This document shows, piece by piece, positions 1 to 12,882 of a stretch of 64,000 bases of DNA. Made by a program: the position numbers and the translations under genes. Position 1 is the first letter of the stretch. Every line of letters begins with the position of its first letter. Source of the stretch: Psammoneis japonica (lineage: Eukaryota); contig QPGO01000094.1 of the NCBI GenBank assembly GCA_008632985.1, forward strand, positions 168,721 to 232,720, written 5' to 3'. The notes beneath the pieces were generated by a model, which saw only the letters and a list, made by a program, of their open reading frames with translations, was not told where the DNA came from and did not search any database.

Positions 1-1854
1 CGACGACGAGCCATCAGAGGAAGATGAAGGGGATATCTTGCTCGTAGAATTCGCTAGTGGTCGGGCTACCGTGGGTTCTTCGCCCGCCTTGAAACGGACG
101 CCAGATGGCCCATCAATCATTCCCATTTTGGTTGCAGACTTGACAAAGTATTGCATCGTTGTGCCAGTGCTTCTTGTCTTTACTGCCTTCAGCTCCTCCA
201 GATGCTCCTTTAGTGACGAAGGAACAAACCGACAATGTTGAAAATGATCAAGTTTCATGTCAATCACCGTTCGATAGATGCGCTTGATTGATGAAGGATA
301 GCATACTGCTCGCTTGACACGGTCGCTGGTCCTCTCAGTATGACGACAATGGATACACCGAAGGCCAACCTGACCTACAACAACAGGATGCTTGCGCCCA
401 GGAGCAGGAGCTTCGACATCGCTTGTAGTTGCCGTAAATACTTCAATGTTTTCACGTATAACACAGAGGGTCTCGCTAAGAGATATTCGATCTTCTGCTT
501 GAGCCAGCAACAAAAGCGATTGATTTGTGGAGTTGACCTTGGCTGTTTCGTGACTTTCTTTGGAAGGGTGTGCGCCGTCCATGTATGAATACATGCCCGT
601 GCTAGTCATTGATGCCTGACGGAGCAGCTCAATCGGCGTAGGGTCACAAAGGGGTCTGGAGTGGGTGGACGTTGGCACACTTTGAACCACGTTGTGGCAC
701 ATCTTGTCTGATTCTCCACCGTTTGAATCAAACGTAACTTGACGTTGAACGGATGATTCCAGCGACAAAGAGAATGGAATCCCGCTATTGTTGTACCTTT
801 CATTTGACAGAGTCGACAATGCACCCACTTCGTCACGAGCTTGAATATCCGACCCTTGAAATGATCCACCCCAATACTCATTTCTATTTTGATAATTGGG
901 AGATGTTGGCGAAGGATACCATGGCGATGACCCCCACCCTTGGTGCCTGTCAGATTCATGCTGTCGACCGGAGATCCGCATCCGACTACCGACGGAAGGT
1001 TGTGAGCGCGCTGTAGGATAGAAGCTGTGTTCATGGGAACCCATTGATTCATCACGAGGTTTGTTCCAGGAAATGCTTGCTTCTCGATTACCTTCGCGGC
1101 GCTCTGATGTACTTGGATGAGCCCCGTGCTGGTCCCACATCGCTAAATCTTGAGGTGCACCCCCAAAATGGGTTAGATTGTACCGATTCCTCATATCTAG
1201 ATCTCCACGCGTTCCTCTGGGTATCATTGTCTTGTACTCTCGCCTGCTGTCTTCCTTAAGCTTCATTCGCTTTGGTGGAATGAACGCCGGATGAATATGT
1301 TGTGTCTGGTATTCATCTCCCGGCCGACTATGATGCCAAAAGTTACGTTTAAGCTTCTCTGGCCCTTTGTCTTTGGCTTCTTCTCCAACATATGATACTG
1401 GTGGTGCTTCGGCTGGGCTTGGGGGTATCTTAACTGGTTCGTTCCCCGTTGAGCGAGGAATCCATTCACGCCCAGACGCAACATTATGATTCTCGTAGGG
1501 ATGCCAATGATCATCTTGACGGACGGATTCGGCGAGGTGACGGCCATCACCCCTGCTCTCATAGCGATGTTCTACCGCTCTTTCTGGGCGATACGCACGT
1601 GAATTGGTATTCAAATCATCCCTTTCGTCGTCAATGCTAAAAGATGAAGTGACCACAGCTTGCAGCCGTCGCGGTGTGCTGGGTGTAGGCCTAGGATACG
1701 ACGTATCTTGCTTCTGATCAATAGGTGAAGGGTACTTTGACAAGTTTGGATATTCTGAATGCTCCCCCATCGGATAGTAAGATTCAGCAGAGCCGGCATT
1801 TCGACGCTCTGACAGATTTTCCGGCTGCGAGACGCTAGCTCTGTTCGAAGACAT
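1..1854 (-). CDS. Diatom-type uncharacterised protein with a GQVGLRCxHC domain; 3' end runs off the window
   Basis: Manual translation gives an uninterrupted minus-strand frame from ATG 1854 (MSSNRASV...) to base 1. It is absent from the ORF track because no stop falls in the window. Contains LSETLCVIRENIEVFTA...VGQVGLRCIHCRH...RAVCYPSSIKRIY...DHFQHC after a long low-complexity N-terminus. Confidence 0.85.
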   Translation of the reverse strand, partial: MSSNRASVSQPENLSERRNAGSAESYYPMGEHSEYPNLSKYPSPIDQKQDTSYPRPTPSTPRRLQAVVTSSFSIDDERDDLNTNSRAYRPERAVEHRYESRGDGRHLAESVRQDDHWHPYENHNVASGREWIPRSTGNEPVKIPPSPAEAPPVSYVGEEAKDKGPEKLKRNFWHHSRPGDEYQTQHIHPAFIPPKRMKLKEDSRREYKTMIPRGTRGDLDMRNRYNLTHFGGAPQDLAMWDQHGAHPSTSERREGNREASISWNKPRDESMGSHEHSFYPTARSQPSVGSRMRISGRQHESDRHQGWGSSPWYPSPTSPNYQNRNEYWGGSFQGSDIQARDEVGALSTLSNERYNNSGIPFSLSLESSVQRQVTFDSNGGESDKMCHNVVQSVPTSTHSRPLCDPTPIELLRQASMTSTGMYSYMDGAHPSKESHETAKVNSTNQSLLLLAQAEDRISLSETLCVIRENIEVFTATTSDVEAPAPGRKHPVVVGQVGLRCIHCRHTERTSDRVKRAVCYPSSIKRIYRTVIDMKLDHFQHCRFVPSSLKEHLEELKAVKTRSTGTTMQYFVKSATKMGMIDGPSGVRFKAGEEPTVARPLANSTSKISPSSSSDGSSS

Positions 1855-2742
1855 GGTTTTTCAACTGATGAAAGGAACGACAAGAAAACAGTAACTAACG
1901 TGTGTTAGTCACGACAACTTGAGTATCTCAAGTTAGCACGACATGAGTCTCCGACCACTTTTTTCTCTCTATGCTAGACAGAAAAAAAATCCCGCAGGTG
2001 ATCGGTCGACTGCACCGGTAGTCTAGGTCTAGACTCGTTGACGAACGAAATGTGACGACTCACCGTATCCGCGAGAAGGTCAGAAGATATTTGTGTATGC
2101 CAAAGTCGTCGAGGAAGGTTTTGCGGGGTGTGGCAGCAGAAAAAATGTAGGCCATCCAGGATAGTGAGAAGTGTGTAGGACCTTCTAGCTAGAGTAGACG
2201 CCAATGAAGATGAAGATGGCGGTCAAACATGAGCAACACACATTATCATGTGTTGTCGCTTTGGTCGCTCACTCGATTGGCGGCGATTTGCGATGAGACT
2301 TTCGTATGATATTCAGGCAAATAGATTCGGTTTTCAACGGATGTCAGCATTATGTTTTATTCAAGAAGAAAGAAAAATTAGTTACACGATTTAGGCGAGA
2401 CCGAACCCACTCCGAGGGATACTCAAAGAAATGATTTTATACATTCATAAATCACTATCACATTTTGTGAATAAAGAATTTTGAATTCATTCGTTACTAT
2501 AGATGCAGTATAATTTTTGTTTTGGCGCGTAGATCGTCTGTATTTGGTACGAGTACGTACTTGGGTCAAGTTCAACAAAATGCAGTACAATTTGTACGTG
2601 ATTCTACATACGATACGGTAGATCCACCAGCTGCAGCCAAGACACAAATCTTTTCTGTGATGTTGAACCTCCGAACCAGCTCCAATCATTTCATCATCAT
2701 TCGAACACAAAACCGAACCAACCCGAAGAAAACAAGCCTACC

Positions 2743-3503
2743 ATGATGCCGAATTCTACTGCGTGTGGGATACTGTTGCTTTTGTCTCTCGTAAGCTGTG
2801 CATCGGGATTCAGCCACGCTTTCATTAGCCACCCAGGGTATTCCACCGCACTAAACGCCCTGAAAATTGGAAAAGGATACGAACCAAAGTGGAAGAAAAA
2901 AGAAACTCTCGGAGATGGTGGCAAGAAGCTAAGTGCGGAAGAAGTAGGCTTGATCGGAAGCGTTTCTGTCGTCTTCAAGCAGGGCAACGAGACCAAAACG
3001 ACAATGGCAATCCCAGGACAGCCAATCTCGGACGTTGCTGCGCAGGCAGGCCAGTTCATCAAGTATGGCTGTGGAAAAGGCGACTGTGGCACGTGTGAAT
3101 CGCTCTGCGGTGGCAAGTATATCAGGCCTTGTGTGGCAACCGTCCCAGCAGATCTATCACCAGGAGACGAATACGTTATCAGTGTAAAGGAGGTGAAGTA
3201 AGTGGCCGCATCGGAATCGTGCCGGACAATATTAATTACCCAACGTCGTGCACTGACTTTTTTCGTTCCTTTTCATATCGCAACCTCAGGGCGAAATCCA
3301 GAAGCTCAGGCAAATTCTACTCGGCGAAATCCTTTCTAATGGGATTCTACAATAACGCTCTTGGGATGGTAGGATTTGTCAAGACGCGACGAGCTTCAAA
3401 GAAGAACTGGGAGGAGAGGCAGGAATTCGAGGATCTTGTTGCTCGGAAAGTTGCGGAAAAAAGAGCTGCTCGCGCACGTGAAAATGGCAATTTGCAGCCG
3501 TGA
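2743..3503 (+). CDS. Plastid-targeted 2Fe-2S ferredoxin-like protein, 2 exons (intron 3198-3289)
   Basis: Signal peptide ending CASG-F (ASAF-like motif). Cys motif YGCGKGDCGTC...RPC. A GTAAGT...CTCAG intron joins the two track ORFs in frame (EVK-AKSRSSGKFY). Confidence 0.85.
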
Positions 3504-4259
3504 ACTCTGCTTTAAACACAACGTCCATCGCATAGAGGAGTTTAGGTATCATTTTTTGTACAGGGATTAAACCTTTTAGGTGTACTGTCAGTATTTATTT
3601 TTCGGCATTGCCAACAGAGTTGCAGTTCAATTGATTGCATGGAGCATGGCAATGGATTCAGCAAAAACATAGAGAGTGAATCAATAGCTTTTGAGTTCGT
3701 TCTCTTTTTCCTATGGTCGAGAACCACTCCCATCACATTGCACTACAGTAGTCTTCAGGTCTTCCAAATCCAAATACAGGACGACGACTTCTGTACGTAG
3801 TAGGCCCTGGTACCGGTACTTACATCGTGGTGAACGACGGACGGACTGGACAGAATAATTTGCTGAAGATCACATCCAACTAAAAAGGATAGCATGTTTC
3901 ATATGGCGGAGGCTCGTAAGCGTGTGCGTACGTAGAGTTTGTACCGAACACCAACAGAAGACTCGCGAACGTGGCTTTCTTCGTGTTGTTTGCTTTTTGA
4001 TCAAGAAGCCGAGCGAACGCAAATAAACATGCTGCTGTGCTGCAACATTGATACACTTGCATTTGTATGTTGTAACATTCATCTCGCTGTCCCAGCCGTT
4101 CACTAAAAAATTAATCCTTTGTAGATGGGTGTCTCTGAATCACAGATAGGTGTCAAAACTGAAGTATTGAGAACCAGTCTTTGATTGAGTCTCGTTGTTC
4201 TCCGGTTGGATAATTTTCTAGGAGTAGTGTTTTGAGGGAGCACGTTGCAAGACACTCAC

Positions 4260-5949
4260 ATGACAAACTCATTCCAGCCTGTGCTAGTCGGTGTACCACA
4301 ATCGGTTACCTCTGATAAATCTCTGGAAGAGGTCGACAGAAATATTCGAACCGCATCGATGGCAATGCAATCGTCCGGGCAAGGGAACCCAAATGTTCCC
4401 TGTGAGAGAGCCGCTTCTCTGAAAGGAGAAGTCGCTAGTAATCCAGAACAGTCACTAGTGCTTCCTCTTCAACAGACGCATAACCTACCAGACACTGAAA
4501 CGCAACAAAGAATGGCGACAGGGACTCTACAGAACGATGAGAGTGTTAGCGGAAGGCGCAACCCGGGACCAGCTGTTCCTTCGGCAGAAGCAGCACTTAG
4601 AATTTCAACATCGTTAGAAAAGACGCACGTCGCAGCGCCCGCCGCTGTCATAGCGTTACCCGATCAAGCAAAAGACGCCAGAATCAGCCCTAAGCCACCT
4701 GGAAACGATGGAGCTGTAGGGCGAGATGCCGTGGCGGTAAAAGTAATTCGGCCATTTCCCGTCAAAACAATGCCGAAAACCTCCGGCCCAGGCCCAACAA
4801 GACCCTTTGACGATATATCGATCCCAGCACAGGGAAAAGAAGAAGACTCGCGCGAGAGAAAATCCTTAGCTTCAGAAGGCGACAAAACACTTTCAAGAGA
4901 GAATGAAGACAAAGGCAATGTTGCTACACGAGCTCAGGATGCGCAGAGTCAGAATCAAGGTACCAGAAAGTTGAAGGCATCTCAATGTGATTTCCCACCT
5001 CATCCTGGACATCAACAACCCATGCCATCAGGCAGTGGCGCGGCACCAGACTTCGTTATTGCCACCAATCGAAATAATCAACAAAATACCACACCGCATG
5101 CACAGCAAAAGGACGCCGGATACCATCAACAAAGGGGGGCTCAACAACCGTATCTTCAATCGACTGTTAATTTGATGTCGATGAGTGGGGCCTCTGGAGG
5201 AATACGGCAGCCTCGTTCTCGCAACCCGTCAGCGAGTGGGGCTAACATGGATATGGATGGTGGTACCCCTACTGCTGTGGGACCGACTCCACTTTTTGAA
5301 CGTCTTGTTTCAGAGGAGGTTCAAGAGATAAAGACATATGCGCGCATTGTTGAATCTCAGAATCGCCAAATCGAAGATCTTGAGCGCGTCCACGATGATT
5401 TAGAGCAGAGGCTCGAAGCACTGGCGAAAGAGCGAGCACAGCTGGAAGCTACATTAGAAGATCGAGAACGTAGCTGGTCGGCGAAATTCGCAGAAAAGGA
5501 GAAGGAACGAGCGAAGTGGGAAAAAGACGTGAAAGTCGAAAAGAAAAAGAACGAATGGCTCCAGAAAACAGTGGGACAGAAAGACAAGGATATTCATTAC
5601 ATGCTTGCAAGGAAGGTGCGTGTATTATCATCTACGACTCTTGATCGTTTTCCAACAGTTTTTTTTTTTTGGTGAACGTCGTATTCTTAGTTGTTATGTT
5701 TGTTCTTGTTTTCAGTACGACACCAAGCGCGATCAACAACACAATCCCCGGAACTTAAAGCCGCCAGCAAATCAGTCGGAGCGGTCAAGAACTCCTCCTT
5801 TACCAGTGACTACCTCCAAAACCGTTCCTTCCCTAGGCACTGCGGAGCACCACAAAAGCCCGCATGAACTCCTTTTCGCAAGTGGGTCTATTGAGGCAGT
5901 TCGGGAAGGGAACGTTGCCGACTCTCTCTTGGATTTTTTTGGAATGTAG
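4260..5949 (+). CDS. Hypothetical protein with a C-terminal coiled coil; intron ~5616-5716
   Basis: Long ORF 4245-5675 with heptad-rich FERLVSEEVQEIKTYARIVESQ..., and a GT...TTTCAG intron leading into a final exon ending LLDFFGM*. Start codon uncertain. Confidence 0.75.
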
Positions 5950-6353
5950 AAAAGCATTTTTCGACAAACTGTCGTTGTCTCCAAGATGGAGCTATCTCAG
6001 CCTGGGCACTTTCGAAGGATGGTAGGCTACATTCGCAACGACCCCTCAGGTTTTCATGGATAAAGCCAAATCACGCATTTCGTTGTACAGAATTGTATTT
6101 CGTGAAGCAAAGGACTTGTATTTGGCATACTCTTTCGTCAAACATGCAAGGGAATGAGCCATTTCTCCACTGAGAAGTTAAAGAACGGCCTGTTGAGTAT
6201 TGCATTTAGCAGGCCCACATTGAAGCGTTGAAGTCTATTGTTTAGCATTTTAAAAGTAACCCGCATAGCAGCGCTGATAGAAGAAACCGACTATAGGCAG
6301 AAGTGTCCCGAACTCTTCCCCTGAAGAGTAAAGTTGCACCCGAAAACCGCCGA

Positions 6354-7366
6354 TCATGCTGGTGCAGGTGGTTGCGAGGTGTCATTGCTAGGCAGCTGCA
6401 GATTCCACGGACTTAATGAAAGCTGCGAGGCATTAGGATCAGTGCCTTGAAGTAAGAAATTGGTATTCAACATCACACTTTGGGGTGGTGGGGCTTGAGC
6501 TATGCCTGCAGTCGCTGCAGACACATTACTAGATTGGGCATCGGTTGCAGGTTGCTGTATCATGCCAAACTGGTCTTGGATTTGTTCCTGTACTTGCGGC
6601 ATTTGGGCATACCGAGCTTCGGCATCTGATAGACTTATGGAGTTGCTTTCGCTTTCTATTCCAGGAGGAGGTGCAGGAGCATCTTGAGCTTGAGGAGCAT
6701 TAGTAGTGCTGCCAAATGAGGGCAGTGACCCGCCTCCCATAGCTTCGGCTGAAGCGCTTCCCGAGGCTGCAAAAGCTTTTTGCGCCGTTGATGAGGCTGT
6801 TGTAGTCGTTGTCGTTATACGAGGGACAATGTCAATCAAAAAGTCATACACTTCACTTTCGCCAACAGCTGCATGTACGTCTTGCTTTTGCAGTGTTCTT
6901 CGTCTGTTTCGTTCAGTATGTCGCCACGCACGTACGCTGAGTTCCTTGATCAAGAGCTCACAAGCCTTCCCCAACAAGACAGGAGCCTCGCCTGCAATCA
7001 TGAAACGAGTCGTTGGTCCACCAACAGGAATATTCGATCCGTTCGCCCGAGCTTCCTGCTCCTGACGATCCCTCTCCATTTCGGCATACACTACCTCCTC
7101 GCTCTTCATTATTTTCTTGATTCGAGCAAGAGGAAGGACTTGCGTTTTCCAGTTTTCAGTTTCTAACGTAAGTCGCGAGAAACGATTGTAAGTCGAAAGG
7201 ATAAGCAAGAACAAACTGTGAAGCAGATAAATGTTCAATACAAGTTGCGTGAAAGGATTAACTCACGCGGGACAATAGCATCAATTTCTTTCACTGAACT
7301 TTCCCACATCTCATCGATCGCAGCGTCGATGTCTTGAACGGGCGGTGGTGGAGGTGCCGGAACCAT
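6354..7366 (-). CDS. NF-YC/HAP5-like histone-fold transcription factor, 2 exons
   Basis: LPLARIKKIMK...MIAGEAPVLLGKACELLIKELSVRAW...RRTLQKQDVHAAV...YDFLIDIVP is the NF-YC histone fold. Short first exon MVPAPPPPP... from ATG 7366. Confidence 0.9.
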
Positions 7367-7935
7367 GATGCAAGTTCCAGGGAAAATTAGATAGTCCGGC
7401 TTTGCTAGGCCAGATGAAGGAAACAGGGTGTGATGACAAAACACTGTGACATCAACACGATGTGAACGCTTGATGGCGAGGGTTGATGCATGGGCGGGGT
7501 GCTGTGTTTTTCGATTTTTTGGCGTCGCGTGCGTGTTGCGTGTTGTCACCGCTGTGTTGCCTTACTACAGTACTGAACACAACGTATGTAGAGGCTCGTA
7601 TTCCCCAACGGCCCATTTCCAAATTAAAATAAACTTCTTCAAGAGTGTATACGGTATACTCTACTAGCTTGAGTGAGTGAGTGCGAGTCGCGAACACCAT
7701 GCATTTTAGATTTTAGGTCTATCTCGCTCACTCACTTGCTGACTAACCACAAAAGCCATAGCGCAGACGTGGGATAGATAGTCTCTATTCTTTCTCTCTC
7801 TCGCTCTAGAGAGATGGAAGTTTCCTTGTCTCTTAAAATTAGCTCGGCCTTCCACTACCGGCCCTGTCCCGCCGATGACCAAAAAAGAGTGTTGTATCCA
7901 GTCTAGCATTTAAACTATGACCCCATTGAATCATT

Positions 7936-9636
7936 TCATAAGGACTTAGTATCAACAACATTGCCTCCAGCAGCCCGAATGATGCTTGGCAAGGAGTAAA
8001 TAACCGTACCTCCGTCCGCCCACTCTACTGCGTATCCATAATGTCCTCTCTTTTCGACTCTCGCAGGGAAAAGCCCGGAGGCTCTTGAATCTTCGTGAAA
8101 TGAAAGCTCCACAATGCCATCACTGGATCGATTACTTCTTTTCTCTACCCCAGCTGTTTCAATCTTTTCTCCAGTCTTTGGGTCTCTGCGTTTCAACTCG
8201 TACGCCGGAATGCTCAATTGCGTCGCGCCCGTTTCAGAATATAGCCGAACCAAAAAAGATTCTTGAGCTTCATCTACAGACATGTGCAAAGACTCAATAT
8301 TATATTTCGCCGTGCTGTTCTCGAAGCTAACCATTTGTGGTCCATCCGTCACAGTGTTATGTTGAAGTAGGAGCAGCTCCGTTGACACAGCGTTTGCCAA
8401 GTTCTCAAACACGGTGAGCTCGTCAGACGCTTCTTTTGGTCGTGAGAGGCAAATTGGTGTTCCGGTGTCATTGGCCTTGTTGGTTTCGGACGATATTGGC
8501 AATTGAAAGATGTTCGAAGACTTGACACCAGTAGCGTTGACACCAGTAGCTTCTTTTGAGACAGAGCTTGCACGATCGACCTTGCCAAAAGGATAATGAC
8601 GCGTCCCTCCTTCGCAGTCAAAGTAAGCCATATTGTCGACCGTAGCTAGCGTAGGTACACCCATTGAGTCTAGAAGCTGAACACCTTTCCTGTGGTCTGT
8701 TTCTGCCACAATGGAGGGAGTTGTAACTGCTACCGCGCCACTTAGTTCTAGCTCCTGACAAACCGCTAATTGGACGTCTCCAGTCCCAGGTGGGAGATCA
8801 AGTATCAACACATCCAAATCTCCCCAGTCTGTTCCCTTCAATAGTTGCGTGACCACACGCCCTGCCATTGGGCCTCTCATCATGGCTGCACCGCCGCCTG
8901 GTCCACTCCCTGGAACACCACTGTTTGGGGAAACGAAACCGAGCGACATTATTTTTACATTAGAATGCGTGATTGGAAGTACCATTTCTCCAAGCGGAGA
9001 TCTCCGTACTGTTGGATCACTGGGATGAAGCAAAACTGGAAGAGAAGGACCATATATATCAACATCAAGTAACCCAATTCGACCACCCATTCGAGCAAGT
9101 TCGTAGGCAAGGTTAACAGCAACTGTTGACTTTCCTACACCGCCTTTGCAGCTGTAAACCGCCAGAAAATGAGCAATGTGGCAAAGACCAGGCCCGAGAC
9201 GCGCCACCAGGTCATCGTGTTGGTCTGGTCGACGCGCCGCCACTGGTTGAGGTGGAACAGCAGTCACTTGTACATCTACTTGCAGGGGAGACTTTGATTC
9301 CCACTTTCTTTCCTGCGCAATTCGGTCCAGCTCATCCTGAGCTCGATCCTTCACGTCTTGCTTCAGTCTCGAAAGCGACGGATGCAAGAGGGTAGGCAAC
9401 CGCAGTTGTAGCCTGATGCCTCTATCAGAAGAGCCAATACGGTTATCGATCCAACCGAGGCTTCGTAAGCTGGTTTTTAACAACGGATCATGCACCTGAT
9501 CGCCAACAACTGACACAAGGCGATCTTCCACAACAGCTAATTCACGAGGCGACAAATTGTGGATCAGACGTTTTCCACCATGATCCAGAACGCGTGTCAC
9601 AGCCAAAGAGACGGATTTCCGAAAGATTAGAGCCAT
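7936..9636 (-). CDS. HCF101-like Mrp/NBP35 Fe-S cluster carrier ATPase, possibly mitochondrial
   Basis: Walker A SCKGGVGKST, DVDIYGPS, MRGPM, DLPPGTGD. N-terminal FeS-assembly-like segment (DPLL..SL.SLGWI) and C-terminal DUF971-like segment (RGHYGYAVEWADG). Basic N-terminus without a signal peptide. Confidence 0.88.
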   Translation of the reverse strand: MALIFRKSVSLAVTRVLDHGGKRLIHNLSPRELAVVEDRLVSVVGDQVHDPLLKTSLRSLGWIDNRIGSSDRGIRLQLRLPTLLHPSLSRLKQDVKDRAQDELDRIAQERKWESKSPLQVDVQVTAVPPQPVAARRPDQHDDLVARLGPGLCHIAHFLAVYSCKGGVGKSTVAVNLAYELARMGGRIGLLDVDIYGPSLPVLLHPSDPTVRRSPLGEMVLPITHSNVKIMSLGFVSPNSGVPGSGPGGGAAMMRGPMAGRVVTQLLKGTDWGDLDVLILDLPPGTGDVQLAVCQELELSGAVAVTTPSIVAETDHRKGVQLLDSMGVPTLATVDNMAYFDCEGGTRHYPFGKVDRASSVSKEATGVNATGVKSSNIFQLPISSETNKANDTGTPICLSRPKEASDELTVFENLANAVSTELLLLQHNTVTDGPQMVSFENSTAKYNIESLHMSVDEAQESFLVRLYSETGATQLSIPAYELKRRDPKTGEKIETAGVEKRSNRSSDGIVELSFHEDSRASGLFPARVEKRGHYGYAVEWADGGTVIYSLPSIIRAAGGNVVDTKSL

Positions 9637-9889
9637 ACTTTTACGAAAAGAACGATATGATTCGTTTCAAAGCAATCAACGGTGATGGAGTTGTACGTAC
9701 TGTATGTTGTATGATGAATACGTCATGGTCGCTTCCAGGCTCGTTGAGATGTGCTGAGATTGAAGATGCGCAATGCGCAGATGACGCAGATGATGCGACA
9801 AGAAGCGACGAGCCGCGCGCCAAAAATTTTGGCGAGGTCTCCGAACGAGTGAGTCAATATCAAGCTTGATCAGCACATTCAGCATCATC

Positions 9890-11190
9890 TGGTGGGCTGG
9901 TGGGACGCAATCAAGAAGAGGAGAGCAGCAAGGACTACTGCTGTTGGAAGAGAAGCAAAGTCGGTACTGCACAACGCGCTTCCTGTCAACGATGCCAGTG
10001 GGTACGGTGCACTGTTGGCGGCGGCTCAGAAGAGTGCAGAAACGTGCGAAAGCATCAATACTCGCGAGGGTATAGTTCCGTGGGAACGAGACTCAAATCT
10101 CGAAAGCAAAAGTGGTGAGGGTGTCGATTGGAGTGCAGAAAAGAAGGGCGACTTGTTCCCCAAGGAACAATCCAAACGGATCGGCGGGAGTTCTTCAAAG
10201 TGGTGGACTGCTCGATTGAACACATAGAACATTGCCAAGAATGCCTCGCACAAGCATCTTGTATTTGTGCTCAGCAAGATTGACCTTGTACCCAACAAGG
10301 TAGCAAAGCGATGGATTGGTGAATTGTCCAAATCGAGACCTACCGTGGCTTTCAACGCAAATATGGCTCGCGTTCGGTGAAGGAGCACTCGTTTCTTTGC
10401 TCGGGTAGTTCGGAAAGCTTCACCAAGACAAGAAGCAAATCAGTGTAGGCGTTATTGAATATCCAAATGTTGGCAACTCTTCCGTAATCAACACGCTTAT
10501 CTCTATAAAAAGAGTGTAAGGTTGCACCCATTCCCGGAGAAACAAAAATTTGGCAGTACATTACACTTTTCAAGAGGATATCGTTAATTGATTGTCCCGG
10601 AGTCGTTGTGGATACAGCAGGAGATACGGAAATTGATTCCGTCCTCAAGGGGGTGGTTCGAGCCGAACGATTGGAAAACCCGGAAGGCTTTATCATGCAA
10701 TTCAGGAACACGTGAGACGCGAGCACATTGCAGCTCAGTATGTCCTTCCCAAGGAGGGAGATGAGACGTGGAAGAACAGCAATGAGCTAATAGAACTGAT
10801 TGCACTCATGTCGGGTCGCCTGCTCAAGAGCGGAGAAACCTGTGTTCGAAGTGCGGCAATTATGCCCGTTCATGACTTTCAACGAGGTAGGTTGCCGCAT
10901 TATGCGGCCCCTCCAGAGCTAGAAAAGGACGACAAGCCAGTACAAACTGCTTCTGTAGATGGAATCAAAGGTGTTTCTCAATACGGTATCTTGATGGTAT
11001 TCAAGTATTGGAGAAGAGGACGCAGAAGCAGTCGACCAAGCCGAAACGGAAATGGGCGGAAACGAGCAAGAGACTCTGTCAACAGACAACGACGGGGCAC
11101 AAAATGACGATGAAGAAGAGCTGCATTCTGGTTCAGACGATAGCGAATCAGAACGTCCGGCAATAGGGGGTGGCGATTGGGATGACTAAA
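9890..11190 (+). pseudogene. Pseudogene of the nucleolar GTPase NOG2/GNL2 family
   Basis: Fragments in shifting frames: [39 protein letters not shown] (G1 degraded from GYPNVGKS), [45 protein letters not shown]. Multiple frameshifts and deletions. Confidence 0.88.
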
Positions 11191-11661
11191 CTGCAGGTAA
11201 TGTACCATACGAACTGTAGCAAATCTTCGTCTACCTATTACAAAGAGTCTGAGAAGACAAAACAATACTGTCGATGCAACTGACTCGTAAAAATAATGCG
11301 GCCCAGTTAACTTGCTGCGGTTCTTATTTTTGCTCCCTGTTGTGGTATCGAATTGAGGAAAGGTTTAATCAAAGAGCTCCATGTGCACTATTTTAGAAAC
11401 TACAGAAGGAGAAGAAGAAGAAGAAGAAGCCAATGCCTCGATCGCATTTGATTTTCGACTATGTTGAACCATTTAAGAATCAACAGACCCAATGAATGCA
11501 ATGGAGGGACAAAAAGGTAGATCAGTTGACCACCGCCAAACCAAAGTTAGTACTCTGTTGGCTATTACACAAGAAACCATGGGCTACTGTGACATTTTCA
11601 AGAGATCGGTCGTGTTTTTTTAAATATATCTATTGAATAGTCTATGGTAATCGCAGGATGC

Positions 11662-12882
11662 TTACACATGCCGGACAAACGTAGTATGAAGCTCAACGTC
11701 CGTGAACCAGGCTCTCCACTCCATACACATGGGGTCAAAATAAACGTTAACCTGACTCAAAACATCTGCATTTCCCTCGAACCTTCGTGAAAAGCGCCGC
11801 GTATTTATTTCTTGCTGCGCATCGTACTGAGAGCGAATATTCTGCAAAGTGCCTGATCTCCGTGATCGACGTCCTTCGTCATCTGTTTGGGTTGTAACAC
11901 TGTCCACTGCTGGAGGGAGACCGTCTTGACTCTCCACGTTTGTTGTAGGGCGAACCCCGCAACCCGTGCCACCGTTGCGTGACACATCAACCACCCGACA
12001 CAAAGACCTTGCCGTTCTTCTTGCGCCAACAGAGTGGCCAATTTGTTCGAAGAAATCTGTAGCATCTCGGCCGGCATAAGCCATAAGTGTGTCGGGAGAG
12101 CCAGGATGTAACTGAAGAAACGGGGTCAAGTCGTAGATGTGACCATGCAAACCGACAAGGCAACAGTCTGAGGAGTTGTTTCCAGCAAGTACATAGTTCA
12201 AATATGATTCTCCAAATAAAAAGTAGAAGGTTTTGTCAAAGCGAACCTCCATTGCAGTTTCTTGGGAGCGACGCAGCGCCTTGCGTCCCACCTCCCAAGA
12301 GTGCAAGATCCACGCATAATCGCGATACCACAAATTCTTCCACAACGCCGCTGAGGTGTCCCCAGCATCAACAAGACGTTTGCACGAGCGACTTGCACAC
12401 GCAAACGAAACAACATCTCGAGGGTGCAGGTAGGAGAGTATATGGACTTGCACGTCAGGAGCGAGCTTTTTCGAAAGGAAGCCGCAGTCTTCTGTGTGAG
12501 TTGTATGTCCGTTGGTAGTCTTCGTCGTCGCCGATAATGAGTGGCAGCCAACAAACAAGCTAGCCCATATTTTCATCACGGCCGCGACCAGCAGCTCGCC
12601 CGAACAATAATTGCCAGCACCTTCAAGATCGTCCCAAACAGGGTCATCCCAGAAAGTCACAGAGGGTGGATCCTCGCCCTGACGAGGTGTTCTCCTCGCT
12701 CTCTTGAGAGCCCGACTCTCTGTTTCATCTTCGGCATAAACATGATTACAACTCATTTCCTTTCGATACACAGTGACAGCACTCAGGATTGTTAGCAGCA
12801 CTATCTGTGCGCCGTAGAGACGCGTATAGTAAACAATAACTTGCGCCCAGGGATAAGCTGGTGCACTCAAGAACTTTGTCAT
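11662..12882 (-). CDS. F-box-like plus cytochrome b5-like heme/steroid-binding domain protein
   Basis: LAPDVQVHILSYLHPRDVVSFACASR (F-box-like) and LVGLHGHIYDLTPFLQLHPGSPDTL...GRDATDFFEQIGHS (cyt-b5 HPG motif). Confidence 0.85.
   Translation of the reverse strand: MTKFLSAPAYPWAQVIVYYTRLYGAQIVLLTILSAVTVYRKEMSCNHVYAEDETESRALKRARRTPRQGEDPPSVTFWDDPVWDDLEGAGNYCSGELLVAAVMKIWASLFVGCHSLSATTKTTNGHTTHTEDCGFLSKKLAPDVQVHILSYLHPRDVVSFACASRSCKRLVDAGDTSAALWKNLWYRDYAWILHSWEVGRKALRRSQETAMEVRFDKTFYFLFGESYLNYVLAGNNSSDCCLVGLHGHIYDLTPFLQLHPGSPDTLMAYAGRDATDFFEQIGHSVGARRTARSLCRVVDVSRNGGTGCGVRPTTNVESQDGLPPAVDSVTTQTDDEGRRSRRSGTLQNIRSQYDAQQEINTRRFSRRFEGNADVLSQVNVYFDPMCMEWRAWFTDVELHTTFVRHV

Noticed and set aside
38..1883. 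Short track ORFs in the first 1.9 kb
   Set aside because: They are shadows of one long minus-strand ORF (1854 to <1) that the track missed.
11411..11429. (GAA)n microsatellite
   Set aside because: Short and ordinary.
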